Positions 22,033 to 32,069 are shown, numbered from the stretch's first letter. The stretch: DNA of 64,000 bases from an uncultured bacterium (GCA_963843795.1 CAWJLW010000006.1:2616375-2680374); one strand, 5' to 3'. Notes: a model not told the origin generated them from the letters alone. A program made the numbers and translations.

Positions 22033-24363
22033 TCAACGCACAAAAGTTTGTCCGCCGCCATCGCGCAGTAGGGAACCATTGCGATGACGCAGCGCGTGCC
22101 AGCCCACGCGCAGCACGGCCCCGCGCTGCAAATCGTCGCCGAACTCCAGCAGCACGCTGTTATCCCCGGCGCGATAAGTTGCACTTTCCACGCCGATGGA
22201 TTGGCCGTTCTGCCACGCCTCGAAGTGAGGAGTGCCAATGGTTTTAGCATTCAGCGGCGTAGCGAAGAATAAGCGCAAACCGTTATTCTCGATGTCGAAC
22301 TTCGCAGCAGAAAGCAGCGCGGGCGGCAAATTGTAAGTCGGTAACACGCGCACAAGGCCGGGAGGCGCTCCAGATGCAATAGAAAAATCGGCGCTAACCG
22401 GCACGCTGAGATGACCATAATAATCGCGCGCACGCACTTGAATTTGATACGCTCCGATGGGCAACGTGGGCAGGTTCAACGACCACGCCACGTTTACTCC
22501 GTTGGCCTGATAGGATGGATTGGATAACGTCGCTGTCAAATCGCTCGCCGTTGTGCTCCAACTATTGCCGTTCCATTGCGCGCCATCGGAAGCGCGAATC
22601 AAGTTGACGAACACGGCTTGCACGCCAGCTGCACTATCGAAAGCCAAACCTTGCACGGCGCCCACCGAACTATAAATGCCATTATTGGCGGGTGAGAGGA
22701 TTTGCGGAGTAGGAGCCTGACTATCAATGAAGAACGGTGTCCACGACGAGCGCGTTTCCAAGCGTGGATTGGTTCCAGCATCGCGCGCCACAACTTGAAA
22801 CGAATAATGTCCATCGCTCAAAGTGGGCAGCGCGAAACTCCAATTCCAAGCTTTGGCGTTACTAACATCGACAGCAAAAGTGGCCGGAGTTTCGACAATC
22901 GCCGTGCCCCACGCGGTGCCGTTCCAATACGAATCGTCGCTGTAGCGATACAGCAAGGCCGCCACGCCGCTCAAGCCACCGCCGCCATCAGTTACGCGTC
23001 CGGTCGCAGCGGGGAAGGTTTCGTAAGAATAGGTTGCAATCGGCGTGTCAATTTGCAGTGTGGGATTATTGGCGGGCGCGCTAGTGGGCGTTGGCACAGC
23101 CGTTGGCACGGGTGTGGGTATCGGCGCGGGTGCGCTGGAGAAAAGCGCGGATTGAGGCACGACGCGATGATCCATCGTGGGAGTTCCCCATTCCAAACGG
23201 ACGTTGGCGTCTTTGCCGTCCTCGAAATACTCGATCCTGATATCAACGCGTTTTCCGGCTTGCAGCGCGATAGTGGCCGAGTTGGTCGCCTGACCTTTGC
23301 TCCAACGATTGATGAGTAAGCGGCCATCGACCCACAAACGGACGCCGTCGCTGGCACGCAGCCAGAAAGTATAGGTTTGCGAATTCGGCGCTTGAATTTG
23401 TCCTGTCCAGCGCACGCTGAAACGTCCGGCAGTCAATCCCGAAAAGGGTGCTTTCTTTCTCCAATCGAAGTTAATCTGCTTGTCAATGCGCGTAATTGGC
23501 GTGCCGCCAAATTCGAGCGCATTGTAGTAATCACCCTTCAAACCATCGCCATTTTGCGGACTGGGAGTGGGAGGAGGCAGCGGTGTGGGCGTGGGTGTGC
23601 CAATAGGCGCATCGCGCGCCGCGAGAAGTTCGGGCACCGTCACGAAACGATAACCGCGACTGCGCAAAGTCGTAATAATTTGCGGAAGTGCAGCAATGGT
23701 CTGACTGCGGTCGCCACCGCCATCGTGCAACAGTACAATACCGCCCGGCGTGGCCCCGTTAATCACCGTGTTGACAATGCTGGAAGTGCCGGGTGTGTTC
23801 CAATCTTTGGGATCGACCGACCACATAATGACCGCATCGTGTTGTGCCAGTGCTTGCGTCGCGACGCCGTTATCCAAATTGCCAAAAGGCGGGCGAAAGA
23901 GCGCGGTCGGGCCACCGTAAACGCTTTGAAAAAGCGCATCGGTGCGCGTGACTTCACCGACAGGATCGCCGGGCGTCGTCAAATGCGACCACGTATGATT
24001 GCCGATAGCATGACCTGCATCGCGTACTCTGCGCCCTAAGGCTTGATTGGGACTCAGGTTGGCGCCCATCTGAAAAAACGTCGCCTTCACACCATATTGC
24101 GCCAGCACATCCAGAAATCTTTCCGTACTGCCCGGCAAAGGCCCATCGTCGAAAGTCAAGGCGATGAGCTTTTCGCCATTATAAGGCGTCACTTCGTAAA
24201 TCACTTCGTCGCGCGCCCAACTTGCCACTGTGCCCGCATTGGTGCCCTGCGCTTGTGCTGCACTGCCCGACCAGAACGCGCACAGCAGAAATAAAGGCCA
24301 GAGCAAAAATGCGCTCAAAGACGAACGCGTCCAACCAGTTTTCCAGCTTTGTCGTTTTTTCAT
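22033..24363 (-). CDS. Secreted polysaccharide deacetylase (NodB/CE4) with PA14 and Ig-like domains
   Basis: TFDDGP, NHTWSH, RPPFG, LLHDGG; PA14-like GLKGDYY...FSVRWTGQI...SDGVRLWVDG. Confidence 0.9.
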   Translation of the reverse strand: MKKRQSWKTGWTRSSLSAFLLWPLFLLCAFWSGSAAQAQGTNAGTVASWARDEVIYEVTPYNGEKLIALTFDDGPLPGSTERFLDVLAQYGVKATFFQMGANLSPNQALGRRVRDAGHAIGNHTWSHLTTPGDPVGEVTRTDALFQSVYGGPTALFRPPFGNLDNGVATQALAQHDAVIMWSVDPKDWNTPGTSSIVNTVINGATPGGIVLLHDGGGDRSQTIAALPQIITTLRSRGYRFVTVPELLAARDAPIGTPTPTPLPPPTPSPQNGDGLKGDYYNALEFGGTPITRIDKQINFDWRKKAPFSGLTAGRFSVRWTGQIQAPNSQTYTFWLRASDGVRLWVDGRLLINRWSKGQATNSATIALQAGKRVDIRIEYFEDGKDANVRLEWGTPTMDHRVVPQSALFSSAPAPIPTPVPTAVPTPTSAPANNPTLQIDTPIATYSYETFPAATGRVTDGGGGLSGVAALLYRYSDDSYWNGTAWGTAIVETPATFAVDVSNAKAWNWSFALPTLSDGHYSFQVVARDAGTNPRLETRSSWTPFFIDSQAPTPQILSPANNGIYSSVGAVQGLAFDSAAGVQAVFVNLIRASDGAQWNGNSWSTTASDLTATLSNPSYQANGVNVAWSLNLPTLPIGAYQIQVRARDYYGHLSVPVSADFSIASGAPPGLVRVLPTYNLPPALLSAAKFDIENNGLRLFFATPLNAKTIGTPHFEAWQNGQSIGVESATYRAGDNSVLLEFGDDLQRGAVLRVGWHALRHRNGSLLRDGGGQTFVR

Positions 24364-24581
24364 AAACACACCCAAAATATTCAACTTTGAAACTCTATTA
24401 TAAGATCAATTTCAACTCGCGCGAGAATTACAATGCCAATAGTAACTTATCGCACTTACACAAAAGTTGCCTTGTTATCATCCCAAAGCGCCTCACAACG
24501 TAAAACGCGCCCTGCAAGTACTTGCGCAAGTACTTGCAGGGCGCGTTATTTATCACAATAAATTTTCGCACTTCACCAAAT

Positions 24582-25220
24582 TTAGCCCGGGCGTTTTTCT
24601 GTTGGTTGTGAAATTGTAAGCGACGAAACCGCGCCATTCACATCCAAATCTTGACTGAAGAACAGTTTCACTTCGGACTTCGTGCCCTTGATATCCGGCA
24701 CAGAAACCGTTGGTGGCGAACTGTAACCCGCACCGCCATCAATAAGTTCGTAGCCGATAACCGCGCCATTTTTGACCAACGCATTGGCAGTCGCGGGCAT
24801 GTTGCGCCAAAGATTACCGCGTCCCGGCGGATAACGATAAAAATTGGAAACCGTATCGAGCCGCTCGTTGGTGACACCATATTTGCGCAACGCTTTCATC
24901 AGCGCGTCTTTGTTGCGGCGCGCTTCGGCTTCAGTTGGCCCGCCGCTGCCCGGACTGGCCGGACGCACATGGCTGAAAGCTTCGCGAAACACTGCAGCCG
25001 GAACATTTAAAGCCGCCGCAATCAAAACAACCGGACGACCACGATCAACTTCCAAAGTTTCGTGTCCACCTTCAAACACAACCGCCACGCGCGTCACTCC
25101 CTGCGGCAATTTCTGAGGCGCAGATTGCGCGGAGTGGCGCGCAACTACCAACGATAAACCCGCAACAATCGCAGCGAAAAAGAATACGCTATGAGTCAAT
25201 GATTTGATATTTGTTTTCAT
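24582..25220 (-). CDS. Secreted hypothetical protein
   Basis: 212 aa with signal/TM N-terminus; GGAGYSSPPTVSV motif. Confidence 0.7.
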   Translation of the reverse strand: MKTNIKSLTHSVFFFAAIVAGLSLVVARHSAQSAPQKLPQGVTRVAVVFEGGHETLEVDRGRPVVLIAAALNVPAAVFREAFSHVRPASPGSGGPTEAEARRNKDALMKALRKYGVTNERLDTVSNFYRYPPGRGNLWRNMPATANALVKNGAVIGYELIDGGAGYSSPPTVSVPDIKGTKSEVKLFFSQDLDVNGAVSSLTISQPTEKRPG

Positions 25221-25305
25221 GGCTGTTAAACCTCGAACTTCCGTTTTGAATATTTTACAATTTTACATGGCTGATTCTAAATCAGCTATCGTCGGTCTTA
25301 ACCAA

Positions 25306-25339
25306 AAAAGCGCGTTGCAAGTACTTGCAACGCGCTTTT
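25306..25339. terminator. Palindrome-centred hairpin after recR
   Basis: AAAAGCGCGT-core-ACGCGCTTTT. Confidence 0.75.
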
Positions 25340-25362
25340 CGCTATCAAATCAGCTTCAATTT

Positions 25363-25962
25363 TCACAATTCGCGTCGTCCGCGTAATGCTCCGGCGATGG
25401 TGGCTTGGTCGGCGTAATCTAAATCGCCGCCGAAGGGCAAGCCGCGTGCTAATTGCGTGACTTTGATTTCCAGTGGTCGCATCGCACCCGCCAGATAATT
25501 CGCCGTCATTTCGCCTTCGACTGTGGGCGAAAGTGCCAGAACGACTTCGTTTACACGGTCTTCGCGCAAACGTTTCATCAGCGCACCAAAGCGCAGCTCG
25601 TCAGGGCCGATGCCGTCCAATGGTGAAATCAGACCACCCAGAACGTGATAAACGCCGTTGAATTCGCCCGAACTTTCGACCGCCATCAAGTCGCGCGCAT
25701 CGCCAACCACGCACAAATAAGTGTTGTCGCGGCGTGCGTTGCTGCAAATGTCGCAGATTTCGCTGTCGGTGAAATTGCCGCAACGCGCACAAGGCCGAAT
25801 GCGCTCGCGCACTTCGCGCACCACGCGTGATAAAGCTTCGCTATCTTCGCGCGGTGCTTTCAACAAATGAAATGCCAAGCGTTGTGCGGATTTCGGCCCG
25901 ATGCCGGGCAATTTTTCGAGTTGCTCCAAAAGTTCGAGGAGCGGCGGAGCATAATAACGCAT
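25363..25962 (-). CDS. recR: Recombination protein RecR
   Basis: LPGIGPKSAQRLAFHLL, C4 zinc finger, YHVLGGLISPLDGIGP, Toprim region; start at MRYY (25962). Confidence 0.96.
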   Translation of the reverse strand: MRYYAPPLLELLEQLEKLPGIGPKSAQRLAFHLLKAPREDSEALSRVVREVRERIRPCARCGNFTDSEICDICSNARRDNTYLCVVGDARDLMAVESSGEFNGVYHVLGGLISPLDGIGPDELRFGALMKRLREDRVNEVVLALSPTVEGEMTANYLAGAMRPLEIKVTQLARGLPFGGDLDYADQATIAGALRGRREL

Positions 25963-26029
25963 ATTTCTGGCTACAAAGTCCACAAAACGCTCTGCAAGTA
26001 CTTGCAGAGCGTTTTGAAAACACAAAAAT

Positions 26030-26353
26030 TTACATTCCCAGACCGGGAATTTTCAGTCCGCCCATGATGCCGCTCATTTTTTCAGCATGATGATCTTGAG
26101 CCTTCTTAATAGCGTCACGCACCGCAGAAACTACTAAGTCTTGTAACATTTCCACGTCATCTGGATCAACGACTTGCGGATCAATCGTAATGTCGATGAG
26201 TTCGCCCATGCCACTGGTAACAACTTTCACCATGCCGCCACCGGCGCTGGTTTCCAAACGTTCGGCGTCCAGTTCATTTTGCACGCGCTCGGTGTCTTCC
26301 TGCATTTTTTGCAACATTTTTTGCGGATTCATTCCGCCAAAATTAGGCATCAT
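26030..26353 (-). CDS. ybaB: YbaB/EbfC nucleoid-associated protein
   Basis: AGGGMVKV, IDPQVVDPDDVEMLQDLV; between dnaX and recR. Confidence 0.95.
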   Translation of the reverse strand: MMPNFGGMNPQKMLQKMQEDTERVQNELDAERLETSAGGGMVKVVTSGMGELIDITIDPQVVDPDDVEMLQDLVVSAVRDAIKKAQDHHAEKMSGIMGGLKIPGLGM

Positions 26354-26389
26354 AATTTAATTTCCTTTGGGTTCAAATTCACCGGCAGT

Positions 26390-28321
26390 TTAGCCCTGCC
26401 CCGAACGCCCTACAACCTGCGCCGCGAACATATCCTGGGCCAACGCCAATATATCTTCCTCTTCGTCATCGTCGTTTTCTTCGACTAAGGGCGCTTCCTC
26501 TAACACCGTTTTGGGCTTGGGCGCGGCCAAACGAAATCGCAACATATGGGGCGTAGCCAAACATTCATTCAGCACCTGCTCAAATGGCAAACGGCGCGCC
26601 GCTTCGCAGGCTTTTTCGTAGTGAAATTCCTTGCGGAATTCCAGAATCGCTTCTTTATCTGTGAATTCGACCGGCAACGCATCGTGCAAATACGCTACAG
26701 CCGTGACGCCGATCTTCTTTTTTACGCGCACCAAAACTGCGGGCCACAATTCACGGAATTCTTCCAAATTGGAAATGCGACGCCCTTTCTTTCGCGACTT
26801 CGGCGCGACCGGAACAACTTCGGTCACAGCTTCCTTTTCGCTTTCGACCGGCGCGTTTTCTTCAATTTCTGCCGCAACTTCGACTGGCGCTTCTTGCGTT
26901 GAAATTTCTTCTTCAATTGGCGCACTGATTTCTTCGCTGACGGTTTCTTCTGGCGCGCTTTCGTCTTCTACGGGCGCAACTTCGGCTGTATCTTGCGCCG
27001 ACGCACTTGCTTGATGCGGCACTTCGTCCGGCGTGAACACAATTGGCGCTTCTGCAAGTACTTGCGGCGCGTTTTGCGGCGTTTCAACGGGCGCTTCCTC
27101 AATTGGCGAAACGGGCATTTCGACCGCGCGCAAACGCGGTGGCGCAGACGTAGGAATTGTCGCAGGTGGCGCGATGTGATTCACGGACGCGGTGCCATTA
27201 GAAGTCGTAGCAACAGCGCTTGGCAACGCAGTTTCGGGCGTGTTTTCGGTCGCGGCGCGCACCAGAGCGAGTTCGAGAATCAAGCGATGGTCGGTCGCGT
27301 CTTTGATATCTTTTTCTGCCATGCGCAAGGTTTCGACGCAGCGCAGCAAGCGCGCGCGGCCCATCGCCTGCGCCAACTGCTGATGACGCGCGCGTTCTTC
27401 TTCGTCGTGCGGCGAGGCATCGAAACCAACCGTCAATAAAAGTGCGTCGCGCGTGTAAGCGATCAGATCGCGCGTCAGTTGGCGAAACGCGACGCCTTCT
27501 TCGGTCGCTTGCTCAATCAAACCCAATGCGCCAGCGGCATCGCGCGTGGCCACGGCGTTCATGAGTTGGCTCAAAAGTTCGCGCGAAACCGTGCCCAAAA
27601 CCAGGCGCACATCGCTTTGCGAAATGTGGTCGTCCGAAAACGCGCGTACTTGTTCAAGCAAAGTCAAAGCATCACGGAGGGCGCCATCGGCTTGTTGCGC
27701 GATCAAACGCGCTGCGTCTTCGTCTAACCCGAGATTTTCTTTTTCAGCAACCATCTGCAAGCGTCCGACAATATCGGATGGCCCGACGCGACGGAAATCA
27801 AAGCGCTGACAACGACTGGAAATTGTGGTCGGAACTTTATGAATTTCGGTTGTAGCGAGAATGAAAATCGCGTGCGGCGGTGGTTCTTCCAGAGTTTTCA
27901 ACAAGGCGTTGAAGCTGGAAGTAGAGAGCATATGAACTTCGTCGATGATGTAGATGCGATATTTGGCCGTCACCGGGGCGATATTCACGCGGTCGATGAT
28001 GACTTCGCGCACATTATCGACGCCGGTGTGCGAGGCCGCGTCGATTTCGGTCAAATCCATCACCGGTTGATTTTTGCTCACTGTCACGCAAAATTCGCAT
28101 TGATTGCACGGGGTCGGCGTCGGGCCATTTTCGCAATTCAGGCATTTGGCCAGTAAACGCGCCGAAGACGTTTTGCCAGTTCCACGCGGGCCGCAGAATA
28201 GATAGGCGTGCGCCACGCGCATCGGTTGTGCGGTGAGTGCGTTGCGCAGAGTGCGCGCGATGTGATCTTGCCCGACGACATCTTCAAAAGTTTGCGGACG
28301 ATATTTGCGGTAAAGCGACAT
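26390..28321 (-). CDS. dnaX: DNA polymerase III subunit gamma/tau
   Basis: LYRKYRPQTFEDVVGQ, GPRGTGKT, EIDAAS, IIDEVHMLS, SRCQ. Confidence 0.97.
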   Translation of the reverse strand: MSLYRKYRPQTFEDVVGQDHIARTLRNALTAQPMRVAHAYLFCGPRGTGKTSSARLLAKCLNCENGPTPTPCNQCEFCVTVSKNQPVMDLTEIDAASHTGVDNVREVIIDRVNIAPVTAKYRIYIIDEVHMLSTSSFNALLKTLEEPPPHAIFILATTEIHKVPTTISSRCQRFDFRRVGPSDIVGRLQMVAEKENLGLDEDAARLIAQQADGALRDALTLLEQVRAFSDDHISQSDVRLVLGTVSRELLSQLMNAVATRDAAGALGLIEQATEEGVAFRQLTRDLIAYTRDALLLTVGFDASPHDEEERARHQQLAQAMGRARLLRCVETLRMAEKDIKDATDHRLILELALVRAATENTPETALPSAVATTSNGTASVNHIAPPATIPTSAPPRLRAVEMPVSPIEEAPVETPQNAPQVLAEAPIVFTPDEVPHQASASAQDTAEVAPVEDESAPEETVSEEISAPIEEEISTQEAPVEVAAEIEENAPVESEKEAVTEVVPVAPKSRKKGRRISNLEEFRELWPAVLVRVKKKIGVTAVAYLHDALPVEFTDKEAILEFRKEFHYEKACEAARRLPFEQVLNECLATPHMLRFRLAAPKPKTVLEEAPLVEENDDDEEEDILALAQDMFAAQVVGRSGQG

Positions 28322-28444
28322 GATGGAAAAACCGACGACAGAGAAAGAAACGACGCTGCAAGTACTTGCAGCAGACTTGCAGAGAAAACAAAACGCCCCG
28401 CCAACATTTTAACAATGATGGGCGGGGCGTCGGGTTAAAAAGAA

Positions 28445-28714
28445 TGATCGCGCACCCGCGCTTTGAACGTAAAAAACAGACAACTTGGAGTCGGTGGCTC
28501 AAAGCACGCAGCCTACGGCGCATGAAGGAAAGTGCTTACCGTTGCTGCCTTCCGGCCCTGGCGGGGTTCACACGCCTCCATCGCATAGGGCGCGCTTCTC
28601 AATGCTTCCGTGCTACAAGCGGCTCCACTTCTTACGGCCTCGGCGCGGGAATTCGGCTCTGCTGAAGCGGATTGCAGATTCAGGGCACCGCTATCTCCCC
28701 GCTTAGCGCGATCA
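28445..28714 (-). ncRNA. ffs: Signal recognition particle RNA, large bacterial form
   Basis: Minus strand Alu-like 5' end GCTAAGCGGGGAGATAGCGGTGCCCTG...GCAATCCGC; domain IV GCCAGGGCCGGAAGGCAGCAAC; ends pair; upstream of dnaX. Confidence 0.9.
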
Positions 28715-28717
28715 CAT

Positions 28718-28802
28718 CGGACAGGGTGGGATTCGAACCCACGAGGCTGTTACACCCACACGAGTTCCAGTCGTGCTCCTTAAACCGCTCGGACACCTGT
28801 CC
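28718..28802 (-). tRNA. tRNA-Ser(GGA), no encoded CCA
   Basis: GGACAGG acceptor, anticodon arm CACGA-CTGGAAC-TCGTG, long variable arm, GGTTCGAATCC. Confidence 0.95.
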
Positions 28803-28878
28803 ATTGTCCTGAAAAAAGAAAACTTAGCCTTCAAACGCCCTGCAAGTACTTGCAGGGCGTTTGAAAACTTCGTCTCAC

Positions 28879-28968
28879 TGGCGGACAGAGAGGGATTCGA
28901 ACCCCCGGTGCGGTTCCCCGCACAACGCATTTCGAGTGCGTCGCTTTCGACCACTCAGCCATCTGTCC
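28879..28968 (-). tRNA. tRNA-Ser(CGA), CCA encoded
   Basis: GGACAGA acceptor, anticodon arm ACGCA-CTCGAAA-TGCGT, long variable arm, GGTTCGAATCC, 3' GCCA. Confidence 0.95.
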
Positions 28969-28976
28969 AACGAGCA

Positions 28977-29005
28977 ATTATACGCAAACTCGCCCGTCAT
29001 GACAA
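28977..29005 (-). promoter_or_regulatory. Sigma70-type promoter for the tRNA-Ser/tRNA-Ser/SRP RNA transcript
   Basis: Minus strand TTGTCA (29005-29000), 17-bp spacer, TATAAT (28982-28977), 8 nt before the tRNA. Confidence 0.75.
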
Positions 29006-29033
29006 GCCGAATGAATCTCAAAGCCACAATTCC

Positions 29034-29801
29034 CTAACGATGCCCGACTTCCGATTCCTGTCCTGTCGATTCGAATCGCGACAAATCTTCCAACGGTTTT
29101 TGATTGCCAAACTCTGGCTTTGGCCCTTCGCTGGGCGCCGCCCAACGACAGGCGTTGGCGATGACCGCGAGTACTTGCGGGTTATGATAAGTCGGGTATG
29201 ATTCGTGGCCGGGGCGAAAATAGAAAATCTTGCCCAGTCCGCGCGTCCACGTACAACCGCTGCGAAACACTTCGCCCCCAGCGAACCACGAGACGAAAAT
29301 CAGTTCGTCGGGTTGGGGAATATCGAAAAATTCGCCATACATTTCTTCGGCTTCAATTTCAATGAACGGCCCGACGCCGCGCGCAATCGGATGACCCGGT
29401 TGCACGCACCAGATGCGTTCGGTTTCGTTCGCTTCGCGCCAGCGCAAATCGCAACTGGTGCCCATCAACTTCTTGAAGATTTTCGAGAAATGACCGGAAT
29501 GCAACACGATTAAACCCATGCCTTCCAGCACACGTTTGTGCACGCGATCCACAATTTCATCGCTCACGTCGCCGTGCGCCATGTGGCCCCACCACGTCAA
29601 AACATCGGTGTTGGCCAAAACTTCCTCGGTTAAACCGTGTTCGGGTTCGTCCAAAGTGGCAGTTTGGACGGTGAATTCGTCCTGCAAGTACTTGCCGATG
29701 GCGTTATGCATTCCATCGGGATAAATCTTGGCGATATATTCGGATTTCTTTTCGTGACGGTATTCGCCCCACACCGTGACGCGCAATGGATTTTGTGCCA
29801 T
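29034..29801 (-). CDS. ThuA (trehalose utilization) domain protein
   Basis: [44 protein letters not shown]. Confidence 0.92.
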   Translation of the reverse strand: MAQNPLRVTVWGEYRHEKKSEYIAKIYPDGMHNAIGKYLQDEFTVQTATLDEPEHGLTEEVLANTDVLTWWGHMAHGDVSDEIVDRVHKRVLEGMGLIVLHSGHFSKIFKKLMGTSCDLRWREANETERIWCVQPGHPIARGVGPFIEIEAEEMYGEFFDIPQPDELIFVSWFAGGEVFRSGCTWTRGLGKIFYFRPGHESYPTYHNPQVLAVIANACRWAAPSEGPKPEFGNQKPLEDLSRFESTGQESEVGHR

Positions 29802-29819
29802 GTGAATTGAGTTGAGAAT

Positions 29820-30302
29820 TTAATTTTCCGTAATTTCAATGCTTTGAATCGTGTCGCCCTGCTTGATGCTGTCCACGATGTCCTGGCCTTGCGTGACCTG
29901 ACCGAAAACCGTGTGTTTGCCATTGAGATGCGGCTGCGGAGAATGGGTGATGAAAAACTGGCTGCCGTTGGTGTTCGGACCGGCGTTGGCCATCGACAAA
30001 GAGCCTTTGCCATGTTTATGAGGATTGCCAAAAGTTTCGTCGCCGAATTTGTAGCCGGGGCCACCGCGTCCGGTTCCGGTCGGGTCGCCGCCCTGCACCA
30101 TGAAATCGGGAATCACACGGTGAAACTGCGTTCCGTCATAGAAACCGTCGCGTGACAAAAAGACGAAGTTGTTGACCGTGTTGGGTGCGTCTTTGGCGAA
30201 CAGTTCGACAACGATTGTGCCACGACTGGTTTCGATGCGCGCCGTGTAATTTTTGCTGGTGTCCAGACTCATCGGCGGTGCGCTCGCATATTGCTTACTC
30301 AT
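29820..30302 (-). CDS. Cyclophilin-type peptidyl-prolyl cis-trans isomerase
   Basis: [47 protein letters not shown]. Confidence 0.96.
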   Translation of the reverse strand: MSKQYASAPPMSLDTSKNYTARIETSRGTIVVELFAKDAPNTVNNFVFLSRDGFYDGTQFHRVIPDFMVQGGDPTGTGRGGPGYKFGDETFGNPHKHGKGSLSMANAGPNTNGSQFFITHSPQPHLNGKHTVFGQVTQGQDIVDSIKQGDTIQSIEITEN

Positions 30303-30395
30303 AAAATTTTCTCCTTGGGGAATCTAAGCCACAGTAAAGCCATTTATGCGCGCTGACACAAGGCATTTGGCGAGATTTCCGATTATAATGAAGGC

Positions 30396-31088
30396 ATGAA
30401 CAACTCTTCCACCTCAACGGCTTCACCAATCAAAAAATGGGCGATCATCGCCGCCATCGCCATTCTGGTGGCGGCAATTTTATATGGTGTGGGACGCTTT
30501 CAAGGCAATGCCGCGCTGAACTCTCAACGCGCTGAATACGAAACCAAATTGAACACCGCTCAGGCCGACGCACAAAAAGCGCAGTCACAACTTATCGAGG
30601 CGAAAAATCGTGGCTTTTTGATGGAAGCCAGCGCCGCTTTATATCGCACCGCGACCGATTTAGATTCTCGCAACTTCGGCACCGCCAACACGCATTTGCA
30701 AGAAGCCGCAACCGCACTGAGCCGCGTTGAAAATGCCGGAGCCGATGGCGCGCAAATCAGCCAACTCCAACGCGACATCGCCAGCAAAAATATCAACGTC
30801 GCGATTAATTTAGGTTCGCAACGCGCGCAAGTGATAGATTTCGCCAAACAATTGAACGCCCTCATTCCGCCCGCCGATACCACGCCCGCAACCGCCGCGC
30901 CCGCAACCGCCGCGCCGGTTGATATGAACGCACCGCAAGCCACGCCCACGCCCGCACCGGCGCTGGAAACGCCCGCAACTTCCGACGCCACAAATTCAGC
31001 ACCTTCGATTTCCGATTCCATCGACGCTGAAATGAACAATAGCACCACCAATTCGGGGCCCACAATTGGCGACAACGCGGTGCAGTAA
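30396..31088 (+). CDS. Membrane-anchored helical hypothetical protein with A/P/T-rich tail
   Basis: N-terminal TM, coiled-coil-like middle, low-complexity C-terminus. Confidence 0.75.
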   Translation: MNNSSTSTASPIKKWAIIAAIAILVAAILYGVGRFQGNAALNSQRAEYETKLNTAQADAQKAQSQLIEAKNRGFLMEASAALYRTATDLDSRNFGTANTHLQEAATALSRVENAGADGAQISQLQRDIASKNINVAINLGSQRAQVIDFAKQLNALIPPADTTPATAAPATAAPVDMNAPQATPTPAPALETPATSDATNSAPSISDSIDAEMNNSTTNSGPTIGDNAVQ

Positions 31089-31113
31089 ATCTTGTTTAAA
31101 TCGGGAATGTGCA

Positions 31114-31449
31114 ATGCAAAACCTGACTTCTCAAGACTCTGATTATTCGGATGCTTCTCGAATAGCCACTAGCTTAGTGCCAGAATCAAGCGACGATTTC
31201 TGGAAAACGCCAGAGTTTTTAGTTTGGTCGCTGCTCATCGTTGGAATTTTTATGGTGTGCTTCGCTGGCTCAATCGGTTATTTATTGGTTCCGAAAACAC
31301 ATTACGCGGCGAACTCACCAAACTCATTCGAATGGAGCATTGACAGCCTACGCGAAATCGCTCTTGTCGTGCGTATTTTAGGATTAATGGTCTTTGCCGC
31401 CGGACTTGTCGAACGTATAAACATCGCAATTTCCAGATTGAGATCTTAG
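31114..31449 (+). CDS. Small 2-TM hypothetical protein
   Basis: Two hydrophobic segments; fills the gap before the hairpin at 31461. Confidence 0.55.
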   Translation: MQNLTSQDSDYSDASRIATSLVPESSDDFWKTPEFLVWSLLIVGIFMVCFAGSIGYLLVPKTHYAANSPNSFEWSIDSLREIALVVRILGLMVFAAGLVERINIAISRLRS

Positions 31450-31460
31450 ACACAGTATCA

Positions 31461-31494
31461 AAAATCGCGCTGCAAGTACTTGCAGCGCGATTTT
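31461..31494. terminator. Palindrome-centred bidirectional hairpin between converging genes
   Basis: AAAATCGCGC-core-GCGCGATTTT. Confidence 0.75.
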
Positions 31495-31500
31495 ATCGTT

Positions 31501-32001
31501 TCATTCGTCCGGTTTTTCATATTTCTCGCGATGAGCTTTGGCGGCTGCGATGTAATCTTCGTCATTTTTGGCCAGCAGATATTTCTCTTGAAAAATCCGC
31601 GCGCATTCGGCTTTGATTGGGTCTTCTTCGCTTTTCGGTAATTCTTTGCGGCCATGCGCGCCGCTGACGCCTTTTTTATCGTCGGGAACCGGGCCGTCGT
31701 ATTTTTTGCCGCCTTTGTGGTTGGCGTAGCGACGGCTGCGCGTGATGCCCATCTGCAAAAACTTGCGCGCCATGTCCATGCCGATGAAATCGTTTTGGGT
31801 TTTGTAATCCAAAAACATCTGATAAATTTTCTCGCTCGATGCGCGCGCTTTTTCAATCGTGGCAAAACGCCAGAACGGCAGAATTTCCGATTTATACGGC
31901 TCGACCGAAAGCACACCCTGCTCGCCTTTGCCGATGCGATACAATTCGGGATGCGCGCGAAAATCGGTGTTTTTGAAGTCCACAGAATAATCGAATTTCA
32001 T
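31501..32001 (-). CDS. DUF4385 family protein
   Basis: DFRAHPELYRIGKGEQGVLSVEPYKSEILPFWRF...GMDMARKFLQMGITRSRRYANHKGGKKY. Confidence 0.85.
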   Translation of the reverse strand: MKFDYSVDFKNTDFRAHPELYRIGKGEQGVLSVEPYKSEILPFWRFATIEKARASSEKIYQMFLDYKTQNDFIGMDMARKFLQMGITRSRRYANHKGGKKYDGPVPDDKKGVSGAHGRKELPKSEEDPIKAECARIFQEKYLLAKNDEDYIAAAKAHREKYEKPDE

Positions 32002-32069
32002 ATTCAAGCGACCACAGCAAAAAAAGCGCCCTGCAAGTACTTGCAGGGCGCTTTTCGCGTTTTTGCGGC

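Noticed and set aside
26030..26353. YbaB/EbfC as the cognate binder of the palindrome
   Set aside because: Borrelia EbfC is reported to bind GTnAC, whereas the core here is GTAC. The gene is near-universal in the dnaX-recR context, so its presence is not evidence.
26390..28321. Programmed -1 frameshift in dnaX (gamma/tau)
   Set aside because: No A-AAA-AAG-type slippery site with a downstream hairpin was seen in the linker region.
28718..28968. tRNA-anchored genomic island
   Set aside because: No integrase and no duplicated tRNA 3' end elsewhere; the flanks are housekeeping genes.
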